Shown: positions 1 through 11,249, counted from the first letter of the stretch. The stretch: DNA of 64,000 bases from Trueperaceae bacterium (GCA_035703635.1 DASSXV010000010.1:48853-112852); one strand, 5' to 3'. Numbers and translations are program-made. The notes: generated by a model not told the origin, from the sequence alone.

Positions 1-27
1 GGGAGGCGCCGTTAGTCTGAAGTTGCG

Positions 28-2724
28 ATGGTACCTGGATCACTGGGCCACCCCAACGCAACCGAAGCGCGCGCCTTAAGCCCATGGGCGGTCGAGGCGG
101 CTGAGCTCCTCCAGACGTGGCGCGTCGACCAAGCCGAAGGCCTGAGCCCCGCGGAGGTCGAAGAGCGCCTCAGCGAGTACGGACCCAACACGCTCGAGTT
201 CAAGCACGGCCCGGCCTGGTGGACGGTGCTCCTCAACCAGTTCAAGGGCGTGTTGACGTTGTTGTTGGGAGGGGCGGCCGGGCTCTCGGCGCTGTTCGGT
301 CAGTGGGCTGAGGCCGTCGCCATCCTGGTCGTGCTCGCACTCAACGCGGGCATCGGCTTCGTCACTGAGCTGCGCGCGGCTCGCTCCGTCGAGGCGCTTA
401 GGCGGCTCGGAGTGTCGCACGTGCGCGTCAGGCGCGGCGGCCACCTCGCTACGATCGAAGCGGACGACCTAGTGCCGGGCGACATCCTCGTGGTCGAGGC
501 CGGCGACCTCGTGGGGGCGGACTCGCGCGTGATCAAGGCGAGCCGGTTGGAGGTCGACGAGTCGAGCCTGACTGGCGAGTCCGTGCCGGTCGCCAAGGCT
601 ACCGCCCCGGTCGCTTCCGCCACCCTCCTACCGGAGCGCACCCCGATGCTGCACAAGGGCACGCCGGTCACCCGCGGGACTGGCGAGGCCGTCGTGGTCG
701 CAACAGGCATGGCTACCGAGCTCGGCCGCATCAGTGCCCTCGTTGACCGGGCAGCCCCGCAAGGCACGCCGCTCGAGGCGCGCCTCAACGATCTGGCCCA
801 GCGCCTCGTGTGGCTGACCGTCGTCGTGGCGGTGGTGGTCACCCTCACCGGGCTTCAGTCAGGCAAGGGGTGGCTGGTGCTGCTGCAGACGGCCATCGCG
901 CTCGCAGTCGCGACGGTGCCGGAGGGTCTGCCGGTGATCGCCTCCCTTACCCTGGCGCAAGGGGTGAGGCGCATGGCCAGCCGCAACGCCTTGGTCAACC
1001 GCCTCTCGGCGGTGGAGACGCTTGGCGCCACCAGCGTGATCATCACGGACAAGACGGGCACGTTGACGGAGAACCGCATGCGCGTCGTCGAGTGGCGCCT
1101 ACCGGGCGGAGAAGTGTCAACCGCTAACGGTGGTCAGCCGCGGCCGCTCAGCCAGGAGCTCGCCACTGAGCTGCACCTAGCGCTGACGGGCGCCGCGCTT
1201 TGTTGCACGGCGGAGTTGCCGGAAGTCGGGGGACGAGAGGGCGAAGGCGTTGGCGACCCGCTAGAGGTGGCGCTCCTGCTAGCGGCACGCGAGGCCGGGA
1301 TCGAGCGCGGCGCCGCGCTGGCGCGGTTCCCTGAACGACGGCAGTTGGCGTTCGACTCAGTCACCCGGCTGATGGCAACGGCCCACGACCTCGGGGAGGG
1401 CGAGGTTTGGGTGCTGGTGAAGGGCGCGCCCGGCGAGGTGATCGCGGCCGCCACGAGCGTCGCGGCGGGCAGCGGACGCAGGCACCTCACTACGAGCGAG
1501 CGCACGCACTGGCTCGAAGAGAACAGGGCGTTGGCGGCGCGGGGCCTGCGCGTCATCGCCATAGCCGAGAAGGCAGCGGCGGGCGAGCCGACGGAGCCGT
1601 ACGCAGACCTCTCGCTCATCGGCCTCGTCGGCCTCTCCGACCCGCCGCGCAAGGAGGTGAGCGCGGCGCTAGCTGGCCTTGACGCGGCTGGCATCAGGGT
1701 CGTGATGGCGACGGGCGATCAGGCAGTGACTGCTCGTCGCGTCGCGGAGCAAGTCGGCTTGACCGTGACGGGCGAGGTGCTCGACGGTCTCGCCGTCGCG
1801 CGTCTGCTGGCGGCGGGCGCGGCAGGTAGCGCCGAACTCTTGAACGCCTCCGTGCTCGCACGCGTGGCGCCGGAACAGAAGTTGCAACTCATAGCACTGC
1901 ACCAGGGCGCGGGGCACGTCGTCGCCATGACGGGCGACGGCGTCAACGACGCGCCAGCGTTACGCCGCGCCGACATCGGGGTCGCGATGGGGCTGCGGGG
2001 AACGGAGGTGGCGCGCGAAGCGGCAGACATGGTGTTGCTCGACGACGCTTTCGGCACCATCTTGGCCGCCGTCAAGGAGGGGCGCGTGATCTTCGACAAC
2101 ATCCGCGCTTTCGTCCTCTACCTGCTCTCTTGCAACCTCAGTGAAGTGATGACCATAGGACTGGCCGGGCTGCTCGGCTACCCGCTGCCATTGCTGCCGT
2201 TGCAGATCCTCTTCCTCAACCTGGTGACGGACGTGCTCCCCGCGCTCGCCCTCGGGGCAGGGAGGGGAGACGTGCGTATCCTGGCGCGGCCGCCACGCCC
2301 AGCCAGTGAGCCGCTCTTGGCCCCACGCCACTGGCGCAGCGTCATCGGCTACGGAGCGCTACTGACGCTCAGCACGCTCGGCGCGTTCGAGCTGGCGTTC
2401 AGGCTGCCGGGGGCGACCAGCGGCACGGCCATTACCGTCGCGTTTCTGACCTTGGCGCTCGGGCAGGTGTGGCACGTCTTCAACATGCGCGACCCAGGTA
2501 GTTCACTAGTCAACAACCAGGTGACTCGCAACCGCTTGGTGTGGGCCGCCGTCCTCACATGCAGCTTGATCGTCGCGCTGGCAGTAGCCTTACCTGGACT
2601 GCGGCAGGTGCTGGCGATCGAGCTCCTAGGCGCACGGGGCTGGACGCTCGTCGCCGTAGCAGGGCTGCTGCCGATGCTTCTCGGTCAGGTTGGCAAGGCC
2701 CTAGGCCTCGGGCGCGTCTCCTAG
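28..2724 (+). CDS. Cation-transporting P-type ATPase (P2A, Ca2+-ATPase-like)
   Basis: 898 aa with TGES, PEGL, DKTGT phosphorylation site, KGAP, GDGVNDAPAL, NLVTD and multiple TM helices. Confidence 0.93.
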   Translation: MVPGSLGHPNATEARALSPWAVEAAELLQTWRVDQAEGLSPAEVEERLSEYGPNTLEFKHGPAWWTVLLNQFKGVLTLLLGGAAGLSALFGQWAEAVAILVVLALNAGIGFVTELRAARSVEALRRLGVSHVRVRRGGHLATIEADDLVPGDILVVEAGDLVGADSRVIKASRLEVDESSLTGESVPVAKATAPVASATLLPERTPMLHKGTPVTRGTGEAVVVATGMATELGRISALVDRAAPQGTPLEARLNDLAQRLVWLTVVVAVVVTLTGLQSGKGWLVLLQTAIALAVATVPEGLPVIASLTLAQGVRRMASRNALVNRLSAVETLGATSVIITDKTGTLTENRMRVVEWRLPGGEVSTANGGQPRPLSQELATELHLALTGAALCCTAELPEVGGREGEGVGDPLEVALLLAAREAGIERGAALARFPERRQLAFDSVTRLMATAHDLGEGEVWVLVKGAPGEVIAAATSVAAGSGRRHLTTSERTHWLEENRALAARGLRVIAIAEKAAAGEPTEPYADLSLIGLVGLSDPPRKEVSAALAGLDAAGIRVVMATGDQAVTARRVAEQVGLTVTGEVLDGLAVARLLAAGAAGSAELLNASVLARVAPEQKLQLIALHQGAGHVVAMTGDGVNDAPALRRADIGVAMGLRGTEVAREAADMVLLDDAFGTILAAVKEGRVIFDNIRAFVLYLLSCNLSEVMTIGLAGLLGYPLPLLPLQILFLNLVTDVLPALALGAGRGDVRILARPPRPASEPLLAPRHWRSVIGYGALLTLSTLGAFELAFRLPGATSGTAITVAFLTLALGQVWHVFNMRDPGSSLVNNQVTRNRLVWAAVLTCSLIVALAVALPGLRQVLAIELLGARGWTLVAVAGLLPMLLGQVGKALGLGRVS

Positions 2725-2757
2725 CACGAAACGTGCCGCCGTCCTCGACTCGTCTAA

Positions 2758-4590
2758 CTACGGGGCCCGCGCGAGGTCGGGGGCCAGCAGCGCTAGCGCT
2801 GCCGCCAGGCGGTAAGCGTCGCCGCGCGTGAGCGTGGCAGGTGGAGAGGCGAAGTCGATCAAACCAGCTGCCATCAGGTCAGTCCAGTTGCTGGCGCCAG
2901 CGCAGTCGCCGAGGTCGCAAGCTGCTTGCGCGAGTAGTTGCGCGGCTAAGTCGCTCGTAAGCGGCGTCGCGCCGTCTCCCAGCGTCAGCTCGAGCGCGAA
3001 GGCAGCCAACGCCGTACTGAACTCAGATCGGTAATAGAAGCGGGTCGCGACGTTGCCGAGCAGATACGCGAACGAGATGGCGCTGACCGGTGCGTCTAGT
3101 TTCGGGTCGTTCTCGTACCCTCCCACGGCCAAGCCGCGAGCCACCAGCACGCGGAACGCAGAGTATGCAGGGTGCTTGGTCGGCCCTACTGCCGGGCGCG
3201 GGCGCACGTCGGGGAGGAGCGCGCCTCGCGCTTGCAGGCGGTCGCGCACTAGCGAGATGAGGTCTTCGCCGTGAGCCACCTGGCTGGCAGGCACACCCAA
3301 GCGCACTGACGTGGCGGCCGCCACCCCGGCAGCCTCCGCCATCGCCATGCCGAACGGCACGACGCGCGCGGACGCGAACGCGACGGGGTCGTAACCTGCG
3401 CTTCTGCCAACGACCCACAGGTCATCGACACTCGCCGTAACGAGCATGCACAGGCGTCCGCCGTAGATCTCCGGCGTGCCCCACACGAACCCGGAATCGT
3501 ACGGGGTGAAGCTCTGAGCGTCTAGCGGGTAACCGCCAGCTGCGACGTCCTGCGCCGTCACGACGTTCGAGAGGGTGTCGTCTGCGCTGAGGATGCAGTC
3601 CGCGAGGAGGTGGCGCGACTCGCGCACGTACAACTCCGTGGCGGCTCCCGCCAGCCGCGCCTGCTTGAACCCCGGTAGGTGCTCGCGCAAGTAGGCGATG
3701 ATCTCCTCGCCCTCAGCCAAGCCGATGACGCGGCCCGCTGCCAGGCTGGCTGGGTCGAGTGGGTCCAGCCCGTAGATGAGGAGCGCGTTCACTAGCACGC
3801 TGCCATCTACCTGCAGTCCGAGATTGAGGCCACGCAGACGCGTCCTGCTCGATGTCGGCACGTAGGCGGCGGGCACGCCTCCGAAGTGCCCCCACGCCAC
3901 CGTGTCACGCATGCTGGCGTACGCCTTGCCCTGTGCGGATACCCCGCGCTTGAGGGCGGCCCAATCGACGCCTGCGACGTTCAGCACCAGGGTGTCTGCC
4001 TGGCGCTGGGCAACGCCGAAGCGCTCCCACCCGAAGTCGAACGGCGCACCTGCCTTGGCGGCCAGGTCGGCGTCCGCGCTGGCGTCGATCACTTGAATGG
4101 CGTTGACGGCCACGCCCTCGTCTGTCAAGGTCACGCCGCGCAACGCGCCGTCGACGAAGCGTGGCTCGACGGGTCCCGCGCCGAGCCACAACTCGACGCC
4201 TGCTTCGGCCAAGAGCCTGATGAACGCACGCTCTGCCGTCAACACGTCGAAGGCGTCGTGAGCGCCGACCTGGCGCCACCAGCGTCCGAAGATGCCGCGC
4301 TGGTAGTTGAAGGGCTGGGTCCGCATGTCCAGCATGTTGAGTTCGCCGAGCACGAACAGGCCACCGACGCGCTCGTCGCGCGACACGAGTAGTGTCCGCG
4401 CGCCCTCCTCGGCCGCGCCGATCGCTGCCGCGATCCCCTCCGGCTCACTGCCGTAAACGACGACGTCGAAGTACGCAACGCCGCCGGTACCGGGATCGCT
4501 GGGGCCAAGCTGCGTCCTGGCCGCCAAGGCCGTGTAAGAGAGGAGGGCGAGGATCACGATGGCGACCCGCGCTAACGCGCTGCGCTTCAC
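2758..4590 (-). CDS. Exported FAD-dependent oxidoreductase with SLH-like C-terminal region
   Basis: Sec-type signal peptide MKRSALARVAIVILALLSYTALAA; dinucleotide-binding DVVVYGSEPEGIAAA; IDASADADLA, LYVRESRH; GTG start overlaps the upstream stop by 1 nt. Confidence 0.78.
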   Translation of the reverse strand: MKRSALARVAIVILALLSYTALAARTQLGPSDPGTGGVAYFDVVVYGSEPEGIAAAIGAAEEGARTLLVSRDERVGGLFVLGELNMLDMRTQPFNYQRGIFGRWWRQVGAHDAFDVLTAERAFIRLLAEAGVELWLGAGPVEPRFVDGALRGVTLTDEGVAVNAIQVIDASADADLAAKAGAPFDFGWERFGVAQRQADTLVLNVAGVDWAALKRGVSAQGKAYASMRDTVAWGHFGGVPAAYVPTSSRTRLRGLNLGLQVDGSVLVNALLIYGLDPLDPASLAAGRVIGLAEGEEIIAYLREHLPGFKQARLAGAATELYVRESRHLLADCILSADDTLSNVVTAQDVAAGGYPLDAQSFTPYDSGFVWGTPEIYGGRLCMLVTASVDDLWVVGRSAGYDPVAFASARVVPFGMAMAEAAGVAAATSVRLGVPASQVAHGEDLISLVRDRLQARGALLPDVRPRPAVGPTKHPAYSAFRVLVARGLAVGGYENDPKLDAPVSAISFAYLLGNVATRFYYRSEFSTALAAFALELTLGDGATPLTSDLAAQLLAQAACDLGDCAGASNWTDLMAAGLIDFASPPATLTRGDAYRLAAALALLAPDLARAP

Positions 4591-5750
4591 TACTCGTGCC
4601 TCCCACGCCCGCGCGGCACCAACTCGTCGACGATGGTCGCCACCACCGTCATCGCCGCGTCGGGCCGCGCGAGCTCGGCGCAGTTGGCGCGCATCTCGGC
4701 TAAGCGCTCAGGCGCTTCCAGTAGGCGCCTTAGCTTGTGGCCGAGGGTGGCGATAGGCTCGACGCGCACGGCCACACCATGCTCGAGGAGCACGTTGGCG
4801 TTGACTTCCTCCTGCAGGGGGTAAGGACTCACGAGCATCAGCGGCAGGCCAGACGCCAGCGCCTCGCTGCTCGTCAACCCGCCTGGTTTGCTCACGAGGA
4901 TGTCGGCGGCGGCCATGCGCGTTGCCATGTCGTTGACGAGGCCGTTGACTGAGAAGGAGACGGGCGCCTGAACACGATCGACGTACGAGCGCGCCAGGCT
5001 CAGCAGGTCCGGACTGCGGCCGCACACCACGACGACGTGGAGGGGCCACCTGAAATCGATGAGCTGGTCGAGTATTCCCTTCAGCGTCACGGCTCCAAGG
5101 CCGCTAGCGAGCAGGAGCAGGACCTCGCGGTCTAGCGGCGCGCCGATCGCGGCGCGCGCCTCGGCGCGGGTGGGTGGGTTCGTGAACGCGGTGCCGATCG
5201 GGATGCCAGTGACGCGAATGCGATGGTCGTTGACCCCGGCCGCCATGAGTTGCGCACGCACGTCGTCAGAAGCGACGAAGTAGCGCGCGATACCCGGCTG
5301 CAACCAGAAGGCGTGCGCGGCGAAGTCGGTGATGACCTCCGCCTGCGGGAGTGGACGGTGGCGCCGTATGCGGCCGGAGACGATCTCGGCCCCAAGGAAG
5401 TGCGTGTGCACCACTACGTCCGGCTTGTAGCGGTCGATGATGCCTGGAACTTCGTATGACAACATGCGAGTGACGCGCGCCCGTAGGCGCTGCTGCACGT
5501 TCTTGAACTCGCTTGGCCTGCGATCGAGGTGCCTGCCAACCCACTCGACGAGGTCAGGCACCGTCCTTACGAGGTCGAAGTACGCCTGCCTGTACAGCCG
5601 CCTGAAAGGCACTGCGGTGTACTCGAGGAGGTCGACGTGGGTGCTGGCGACTTCTTGGGCCGCGCACGCAGCTTGCAGGGCGTTCGCGGCGGCGACGTGA
5701 CCGCCACCGATAGAAGCCGACAGGATCAGCACGCGGGGCCGGTCAGTCAC
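4590..5750 (-). CDS. MGDG-synthase/UgtP-family glycosyltransferase (GT28)
   Basis: SASIGGGH, VITDF..H..W, SKPGGLTSSEAL, QEEVNA motifs; GTG start at 5750 is 6 nt after TATGCT. Confidence 0.85.
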   Translation of the reverse strand: MTDRPRVLILSASIGGGHVAAANALQAACAAQEVASTHVDLLEYTAVPFRRLYRQAYFDLVRTVPDLVEWVGRHLDRRPSEFKNVQQRLRARVTRMLSYEVPGIIDRYKPDVVVHTHFLGAEIVSGRIRRHRPLPQAEVITDFAAHAFWLQPGIARYFVASDDVRAQLMAAGVNDHRIRVTGIPIGTAFTNPPTRAEARAAIGAPLDREVLLLLASGLGAVTLKGILDQLIDFRWPLHVVVVCGRSPDLLSLARSYVDRVQAPVSFSVNGLVNDMATRMAAADILVSKPGGLTSSEALASGLPLMLVSPYPLQEEVNANVLLEHGVAVRVEPIATLGHKLRRLLEAPERLAEMRANCAELARPDAAMTVVATIVDELVPRGRGRHE

Positions 5751-5852
5751 GGCCGGAGCATAGCAAGGCCACCGACCGCCGGCCAAATCGCCTCGGCTTC
5801 TCCCTCAGACGCCTCAGTAAGACCGGGTGATAGCATCGCGGAGGAGGCTCAG

Positions 5853-6932
5853 ATGCTACGAGTCGGGTCGGTGGTCGCCATCACCTTGTTGTTCCTTGGA
5901 GGTTGTGCGCCAACTACGGCGCCCAAGATGCACGACCTTTACGTCTACGGCGTGGACAACGCGCGCTACTCGTACTTCTACGGCGAGCCGACGCAGCTCG
6001 TATACGCGGGCCAGACGCTGTCTTTGACCACCAAGGAGGGCGCCGTCGCTAGGGCGCCTCAGCAGTTCGAAGTCACTGGCACGCTGGCGGTCGACGGCAA
6101 GCCGTTCCTGCGCGAGGCGCTGGCGCCGCTTGACGTGCCGCCCGTGACCGTCAGCCGCATCCCTTTCACCACCGACATGCTCGTTACGGTTGGCAGCAAC
6201 GTCTCCGAGGTCATCTATTACGACGGCCAGTCGTTCCTGCGCCTCATGCTCGAGGGCGAGGCAGGCACGGTGCAGCGCGTCGTGCCGCGACCGCGCCTCA
6301 ACCTGTTACGTGGCCTTGGTGAACTCACCACGGCGGAAGCGGACGCCCTCGCGAGCGCCTTGAGGGCCCGCGGCGGGCCGTTCGCGCTGGCGCTGCTACC
6401 GACCGCCTCGCTGCCGCCGCACCCCGTCGACGGGCTCGGGGAACAACGCCGCACCGGGGTTTACGTGCAGCGCGACATCGCGGTCGACACGTCCGCCGCC
6501 GCCACGGCGCCCGAGGAGCTCGCGTGGGACGTGGTGGCGCAAGGCAATCAGGCCGTCGGCTTCACGTCGGCCACGTACCGCATGGTGTCGAACCGCGAGC
6601 AGCTGATCTCGCTGTGGCAACAGGCGTACGGCAGTCAGCTGAGCGTGCCGCCGGTGCCGGAGCTGGACTTCCGTCGAGAGACCGTCGTTGCACTGTTCCT
6701 AGGCACGAAGTCGAGCGGCGGTTACGGCGTGCGGGTCATCGACGTGCGAGACGAGCAGGGCGAGCTGTACCTCGACCTGCAGTTCACGGAGCCTGGCCCT
6801 GGCAGCATCACGACGCAGGCGCTCACTAGCCCGTGGTTGATCGTGCGCGTGCAGCGCGGCGGCTACTCGGCGGCCTGGCTACGTGACGACGCCAGCGGCA
6901 ACCTCGTTGGCGTTGCCCGCATGGACCAGTGA
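5853..6932 (+). CDS. Lipoprotein with C-terminal PrcB-like domain
   Basis: GGAGGAGG RBS then ATG 5853; lipobox FLGGC; C-terminal LGTKSSGGYGV...PGPGSITTQALTSPW. Confidence 0.75.
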   Translation: MLRVGSVVAITLLFLGGCAPTTAPKMHDLYVYGVDNARYSYFYGEPTQLVYAGQTLSLTTKEGAVARAPQQFEVTGTLAVDGKPFLREALAPLDVPPVTVSRIPFTTDMLVTVGSNVSEVIYYDGQSFLRLMLEGEAGTVQRVVPRPRLNLLRGLGELTTAEADALASALRARGGPFALALLPTASLPPHPVDGLGEQRRTGVYVQRDIAVDTSAAATAPEELAWDVVAQGNQAVGFTSATYRMVSNREQLISLWQQAYGSQLSVPPVPELDFRRETVVALFLGTKSSGGYGVRVIDVRDEQGELYLDLQFTEPGPGSITTQALTSPWLIVRVQRGGYSAAWLRDDASGNLVGVARMDQ

Positions 6933-6956
6933 CGCCTGCCTGCCCGCAAGGCGCGA

Positions 6957-8105
6957 TCAGGTGAGCGCGAGCGGGTCGAACAGCCTGCGGTACTCCTCGT
7001 TCGCGTAACGGTCCGTCATGCCCGAGATGTAGTCGGTTATGGCGCGTTCGAGGCCGAGGTCAGGCACTTGGCGCGCCACGTCTGGCGGCAGCATGGCCGG
7101 CGTTTCAACGTACGCATGGTAGATGCGCTCGAGCACGAGGTGCGCCTTGCGCGTCATGCGGATGAGGCGGTGGTGGAAGTAGAAGTTAGAGTAGAGGTAA
7201 TCCTTTAGCAGCGCTAGTTCGCGCGCCATGCCGTCGGACGGCGCGAGCAGCTTGCTGGCGGCGTTGCGCACGTCAGCCAGCGACTTCACGCCGTGGTCGG
7301 CCAAGCGCGCATGCGTCGCGTGCACGACGTCGGTGATCACGTCACCCAAGAGCTCGCGGATAAGGACGTAACGCTGCCCAGAGTCGAAGCGTTCAATGCT
7401 TAGCCCGAGGCGGCTGAACAGCTCGCCGATGATGGGAACCTCGACGACGCCGAGGGGCGTCAGGTGACCAGAGCGGAGGCCGTCGTCGAGGTCGTGGGCG
7501 TTGTACGCCACCTCATCAGCCACGTTGACGACCTGCGCCTCGAGCGACGGCTGCACGTCGGGCTCCCAACTGGGGTCGGGCACGTCGTAAGTCGTCTCGT
7601 GCTTCATGATGCCTTCTAGCGTCTCCCACGTCAGGTTCAGGCCGGGGAAGCCGGGGTAGCGCCGCTCCAGCTTGGTGACGATGCGCAATGACTGCCTGTT
7701 ATGGTCGAAGCCGCCAACGGCCGCGGCCAAGCTATCGAGCGCCTTCTCCCCAGCGTGCCCGAACGGCGGGTGCCCGAGGTCGTGCGCTAGCGCGATCGTC
7801 TCGCTGAGGTCTTCGTTGAGGCCAAGCGCGCGCGCGATGCTAGTCGCCACCTGCGCCACCTCGAGGGTGTGGGTGAGGCGCGTGCGGTAGTAGTCGCCCT
7901 CGTAGTTGACGAACACTTGCGTCTTGTACTCGAGCCGCCTGAAGGCGCTCGTGTGCACGACGCGGTCGCGGTCCTTCTGGAAGGCCGTACGGTAGGCGCT
8001 CTCGCCCTCAGGGTGGATGCGTCCGCGCGACTCCACGGCTAGGGAAGCGTAAGGCGCCAACGTCAGTCGTTCGTTGCGCTCGAGCTGTTCACGCGTCATC
8101 AACAT
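6957..8105 (-). CDS. dgt: Deoxyguanosinetriphosphate triphosphohydrolase
   Basis: FQKDRDR, RRLEYKTQV, RTRLTHTLEV, HDLGHPPFGH, DYISGMTD. Confidence 0.93.
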   Translation of the reverse strand: MLMTREQLERNERLTLAPYASLAVESRGRIHPEGESAYRTAFQKDRDRVVHTSAFRRLEYKTQVFVNYEGDYYRTRLTHTLEVAQVATSIARALGLNEDLSETIALAHDLGHPPFGHAGEKALDSLAAAVGGFDHNRQSLRIVTKLERRYPGFPGLNLTWETLEGIMKHETTYDVPDPSWEPDVQPSLEAQVVNVADEVAYNAHDLDDGLRSGHLTPLGVVEVPIIGELFSRLGLSIERFDSGQRYVLIRELLGDVITDVVHATHARLADHGVKSLADVRNAASKLLAPSDGMARELALLKDYLYSNFYFHHRLIRMTRKAHLVLERIYHAYVETPAMLPPDVARQVPDLGLERAITDYISGMTDRYANEEYRRLFDPLALT

Positions 8106-8127
8106 GGTGGCGGTACCATACCAACCC

Positions 8128-8898
8128 ATGCCCCTAGATCTCGATGCTCTCCTACGCACTTGCGTGCAGACTACCTACGAAGCGGGCCGCCTCACGCTCG
8201 GCTACTTCGGCACCGACCCGCAAGTCGAGTTCAAGCCGGACGACTCGCCCGTGACCCAGGCCGACAAGGCGGCGGAGGAGTTGATCAGGGCGCGACTCGA
8301 GGCCGCCTACCCCGACCATGGCATCGTCGGCGAGGAGTGGGGCAGGGTGCGCGACGGCTCTGAACTCAAGTGGTTCATCGACCCGATCGACGGCACGAAG
8401 AGCTTCATGCGCGGCGTGCCGCTCTACGCCGTGCTGCTCGGTTTGGAGGCCGCTGGCGAGGTAGTTGTCGGCGCGGCTTACTTTCCTGCCCTCGGCGAGA
8501 TGTTGTGCGCCGCCAAGGGGAAGGGGGCGCAACTCAACGGCCGGCAAGTGAAGGTGCGCGGCACGCTGACGTTGGCGCGCTCGTTCGTGTCGTTCACGGA
8601 TGCTGGCTCGTTCGAGGCAGCCGGCCGCGGCGCCGCCTGGGAGCGCGTCAAGGCCGCCAGCTACTACCGCGTCGGCTGGTCAGACGCGTACGGCCACGCG
8701 CTCGTTGCGTCCGGGCGGCTAGAGCTGATGCTCGACCCGGTGCTCAACCCTTACGACGCCAGCCCCTTCGGGGTGATCCTCCCAGAGGCCGGCGGCTACT
8801 TCGGCGACTGGGCTGGCAACCCAGGCATTCACGGCGGCGAAGGGTTGAGCACTTCATTGCAGCTCCTACCAGAGGTCCTCGAGCTCCTAGCCGATTGA
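8128..8898 (+). CDS. Inositol monophosphatase family protein, probably histidinol-phosphatase (HisN type)
   Basis: [30 protein letters not shown] motifs; substrate is inferred. Confidence 0.8.
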   Translation: MPLDLDALLRTCVQTTYEAGRLTLGYFGTDPQVEFKPDDSPVTQADKAAEELIRARLEAAYPDHGIVGEEWGRVRDGSELKWFIDPIDGTKSFMRGVPLYAVLLGLEAAGEVVVGAAYFPALGEMLCAAKGKGAQLNGRQVKVRGTLTLARSFVSFTDAGSFEAAGRGAAWERVKAASYYRVGWSDAYGHALVASGRLELMLDPVLNPYDASPFGVILPEAGGYFGDWAGNPGIHGGEGLSTSLQLLPEVLELLAD

Positions 8899-8953
8899 GT
8901 TACGCTCATGCCCTGACCGTCCACCGTTGAAGGCGGTAGTAAGCTCTTGGCAG

Positions 8954-10183
8954 ATGGACCTCACCCTTAGACGCTCGACCCCAACTACTTGGATCGGTAA
9001 CGTCGCCATCGGCAGTGGCCACCCGGTCGTGGTTCAGTCGATGACGAACACAGACACGGCGGACGCCGCCGCAACCGCCGAGCAGGTCGCTACCTTGTGG
9101 CGTGCGGGCAGCGAGATCGTGCGCGTTACGGTAAATGACGCCCGTGCAGCCGCCGCGATTCCAGAGATCAGGCAGCGCCTAGACGACCTAGGCGTGACGG
9201 CGCCGCTGGTAGGCGACTTCCACTACAACGGGCACCAACTCCTCACCGCCTACCCGGCTTCGGCGGCGGCGTTGGACAAGTACCGCATCAACCCAGGCAA
9301 CGTCGGGCCAGGGAAGCGCCACGACGAGAACTTCCTGACCATCATCGACGTCGCCATCGAGCACGCCAAACCAGTGCGCATCGGGGTCAACTGGGGGTCC
9401 CTCGACCAGAACCTGCTAACGCAGATGATGGACGAGAACGGCAGGCTGGCAACGCCAGCGCCAGGTCACGAAGTGTTGATCGAGGCGCTCATCGCCTCGG
9501 CGCTCCTCTCGGCGACGGCAGCTGAAGAGCACGGCCTCGGGCACGACCGCATCGTCATCAGCGCCAAGGTGAGCACGGTCCGCGACCTGTGGGAGGTCTA
9601 CCGCCGCCTTGCGGCGCGCTGCGACTACCCGCTCCACCTTGGACTGACGGAGGCTGGCATGGGCGTGAAGGGCACGGTCGCCAGCACGGCCGCGCTCGCC
9701 CCACTGTTGGCCGAGGGTATCGGCGACACCATCAGGGTCTCGCTAACGCCAGACCCAGGCGCTCCGCGTGAACGTGAGGTAGAGATCGCCCAAGAGGTGC
9801 TGCAGGCGCTCGATCTGCGGCGCTTCGCCCCGACCGTCACCGCCTGTCCGGGTTGCGGTCGCACGACGAGCACGCTCTTCCAGGAGATGGCGCGCGACAT
9901 TCAGGCGCACCTCAAGTCTGCGATGCCAGGCTGGAAGGACGTCTACCCAGGGGTCGAGGGTTTGCGCGTGGCCGTCATGGGTTGCGTCGTGAACGGGCCG
10001 GGCGAGTCCAAGCACGCAGACATCGGCATCAGCTTGCCGGGAACGGGCGAGGCGCCTAGAGCCCCCGTCTACCAGGACGGCAAGCTCCTCACGACCTTGC
10101 AGGGACCGCGGATCGCGGCGGACTTCAACGACTTGCTTGACGCCTACGTGCGCCAACGTTTCGGCGCCGTTACTGCCGACTAG
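8954..10183 (+). CDS. ispG: (E)-4-hydroxy-3-methylbut-2-enyl-diphosphate synthase
   Basis: [45 protein letters not shown]. Confidence 0.96.
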   Translation: MDLTLRRSTPTTWIGNVAIGSGHPVVVQSMTNTDTADAAATAEQVATLWRAGSEIVRVTVNDARAAAAIPEIRQRLDDLGVTAPLVGDFHYNGHQLLTAYPASAAALDKYRINPGNVGPGKRHDENFLTIIDVAIEHAKPVRIGVNWGSLDQNLLTQMMDENGRLATPAPGHEVLIEALIASALLSATAAEEHGLGHDRIVISAKVSTVRDLWEVYRRLAARCDYPLHLGLTEAGMGVKGTVASTAALAPLLAEGIGDTIRVSLTPDPGAPREREVEIAQEVLQALDLRRFAPTVTACPGCGRTTSTLFQEMARDIQAHLKSAMPGWKDVYPGVEGLRVAVMGCVVNGPGESKHADIGISLPGTGEAPRAPVYQDGKLLTTLQGPRIAADFNDLLDAYVRQRFGAVTAD

Positions 10184-11249
10184 CGGTCACTTGCTCCACC
10201 TGGTCGTTCTTCACTAACAGGCGTTGGGTTGGCGGGGCGAACTCCAGCCCCACCTCCGTGAAGCGCTGGTAGAGCGTCAAGTAGATGGCTTGCCGCGTGC
10301 TCATGAACAGGCCGTAGTCCGGCTCCTTCATGTAATAGACCGTTTCGTAGTTGAGGACGCCGCTAGCGAGCGACGTCAGGTGGGCGCGGTCGAAGCGTGC
10401 GGTCTCCTGCGCCGTCACCGCCTCCTCGATGATCTGCGGCACTTGCGCCACCAGCGCGACCGGCGCGCCGGCCGTCAACCCGAACGTCAACACCGCGCGC
10501 CTGTCGCCCATGCGCTTGTAGTTGCGGATGCGGCTAGCGAGGAGGTCGCGGTTGCCGATCACGAGCTGCTCGCCTGACACGCTGCGCAGCCGCGTCGTGC
10601 GGAGGCCGACGTGCTCGACGTTGCCTTGCATGTCGTCGACGGTGATCGAGTCGCCAAGCTCGAATGGCTTGTCGAAGTGGATGGAGAGCGAGGCGAACAG
10701 GTCGGCGAGGATGTTCTGTAACGCCAACGCCACCGCGATCGACGTGACTCCAAGGCCAGCTACGAGCGCGGAGACGTTGACGCCCAAGTTATCGAGGGCG
10801 AGGAGCGTGAAGACGACGATGATGACGAGCTGGCCGAGGAACGCGGCGGCGGAGAGGGGAGCCCCAGAGCCAGCCGCCAGCCGCGCTCCGCTCCTGGCCA
10901 GCAGGAGACGGTTCAAGATGGCGACCGCCCAACGCGCCGCCTGGGCGAACACGGTGATGGTGAGGACCTTCTCCACCAACGATCGCGCGGTTGGCCCGAC
11001 CTGGAGCACGAGCGCGCCGACGTAGACGGCCAGTACGAGCAGGAACAGGAACCAGGTCGTCGAGAAGAGCGCATGTGCCGCGTTGGTCACCGCGGATGCC
11101 TGCTCCCGCGCTGCCGCCTTGGCGAACTGCCTGGTAAGCAGGCGACGCGCCACGAGGAGCACGAACAGCATGGCGACGGCCACCGTTACGGCCATCAGCC
11201 AGTCGGGTAGCGAGCGTTGAAGGTCTGCTGGGTCGACAGTTGGTGTCAT
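10170..11249 (-). CDS. Small-conductance mechanosensitive channel (MscS family)
   Basis: TM helices, [33 protein letters not shown]. Confidence 0.9.
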   Translation of the reverse strand: MTPTVDPADLQRSLPDWLMAVTVAVAMLFVLLVARRLLTRQFAKAAAREQASAVTNAAHALFSTTWFLFLLVLAVYVGALVLQVGPTARSLVEKVLTITVFAQAARWAVAILNRLLLARSGARLAAGSGAPLSAAAFLGQLVIIVVFTLLALDNLGVNVSALVAGLGVTSIAVALALQNILADLFASLSIHFDKPFELGDSITVDDMQGNVEHVGLRTTRLRSVSGEQLVIGNRDLLASRIRNYKRMGDRRAVLTFGLTAGAPVALVAQVPQIIEEAVTAQETARFDRAHLTSLASGVLNYETVYYMKEPDYGLFMSTRQAIYLTLYQRFTEVGLEFAPPTQRLLVKNDQVEQVTASRQ

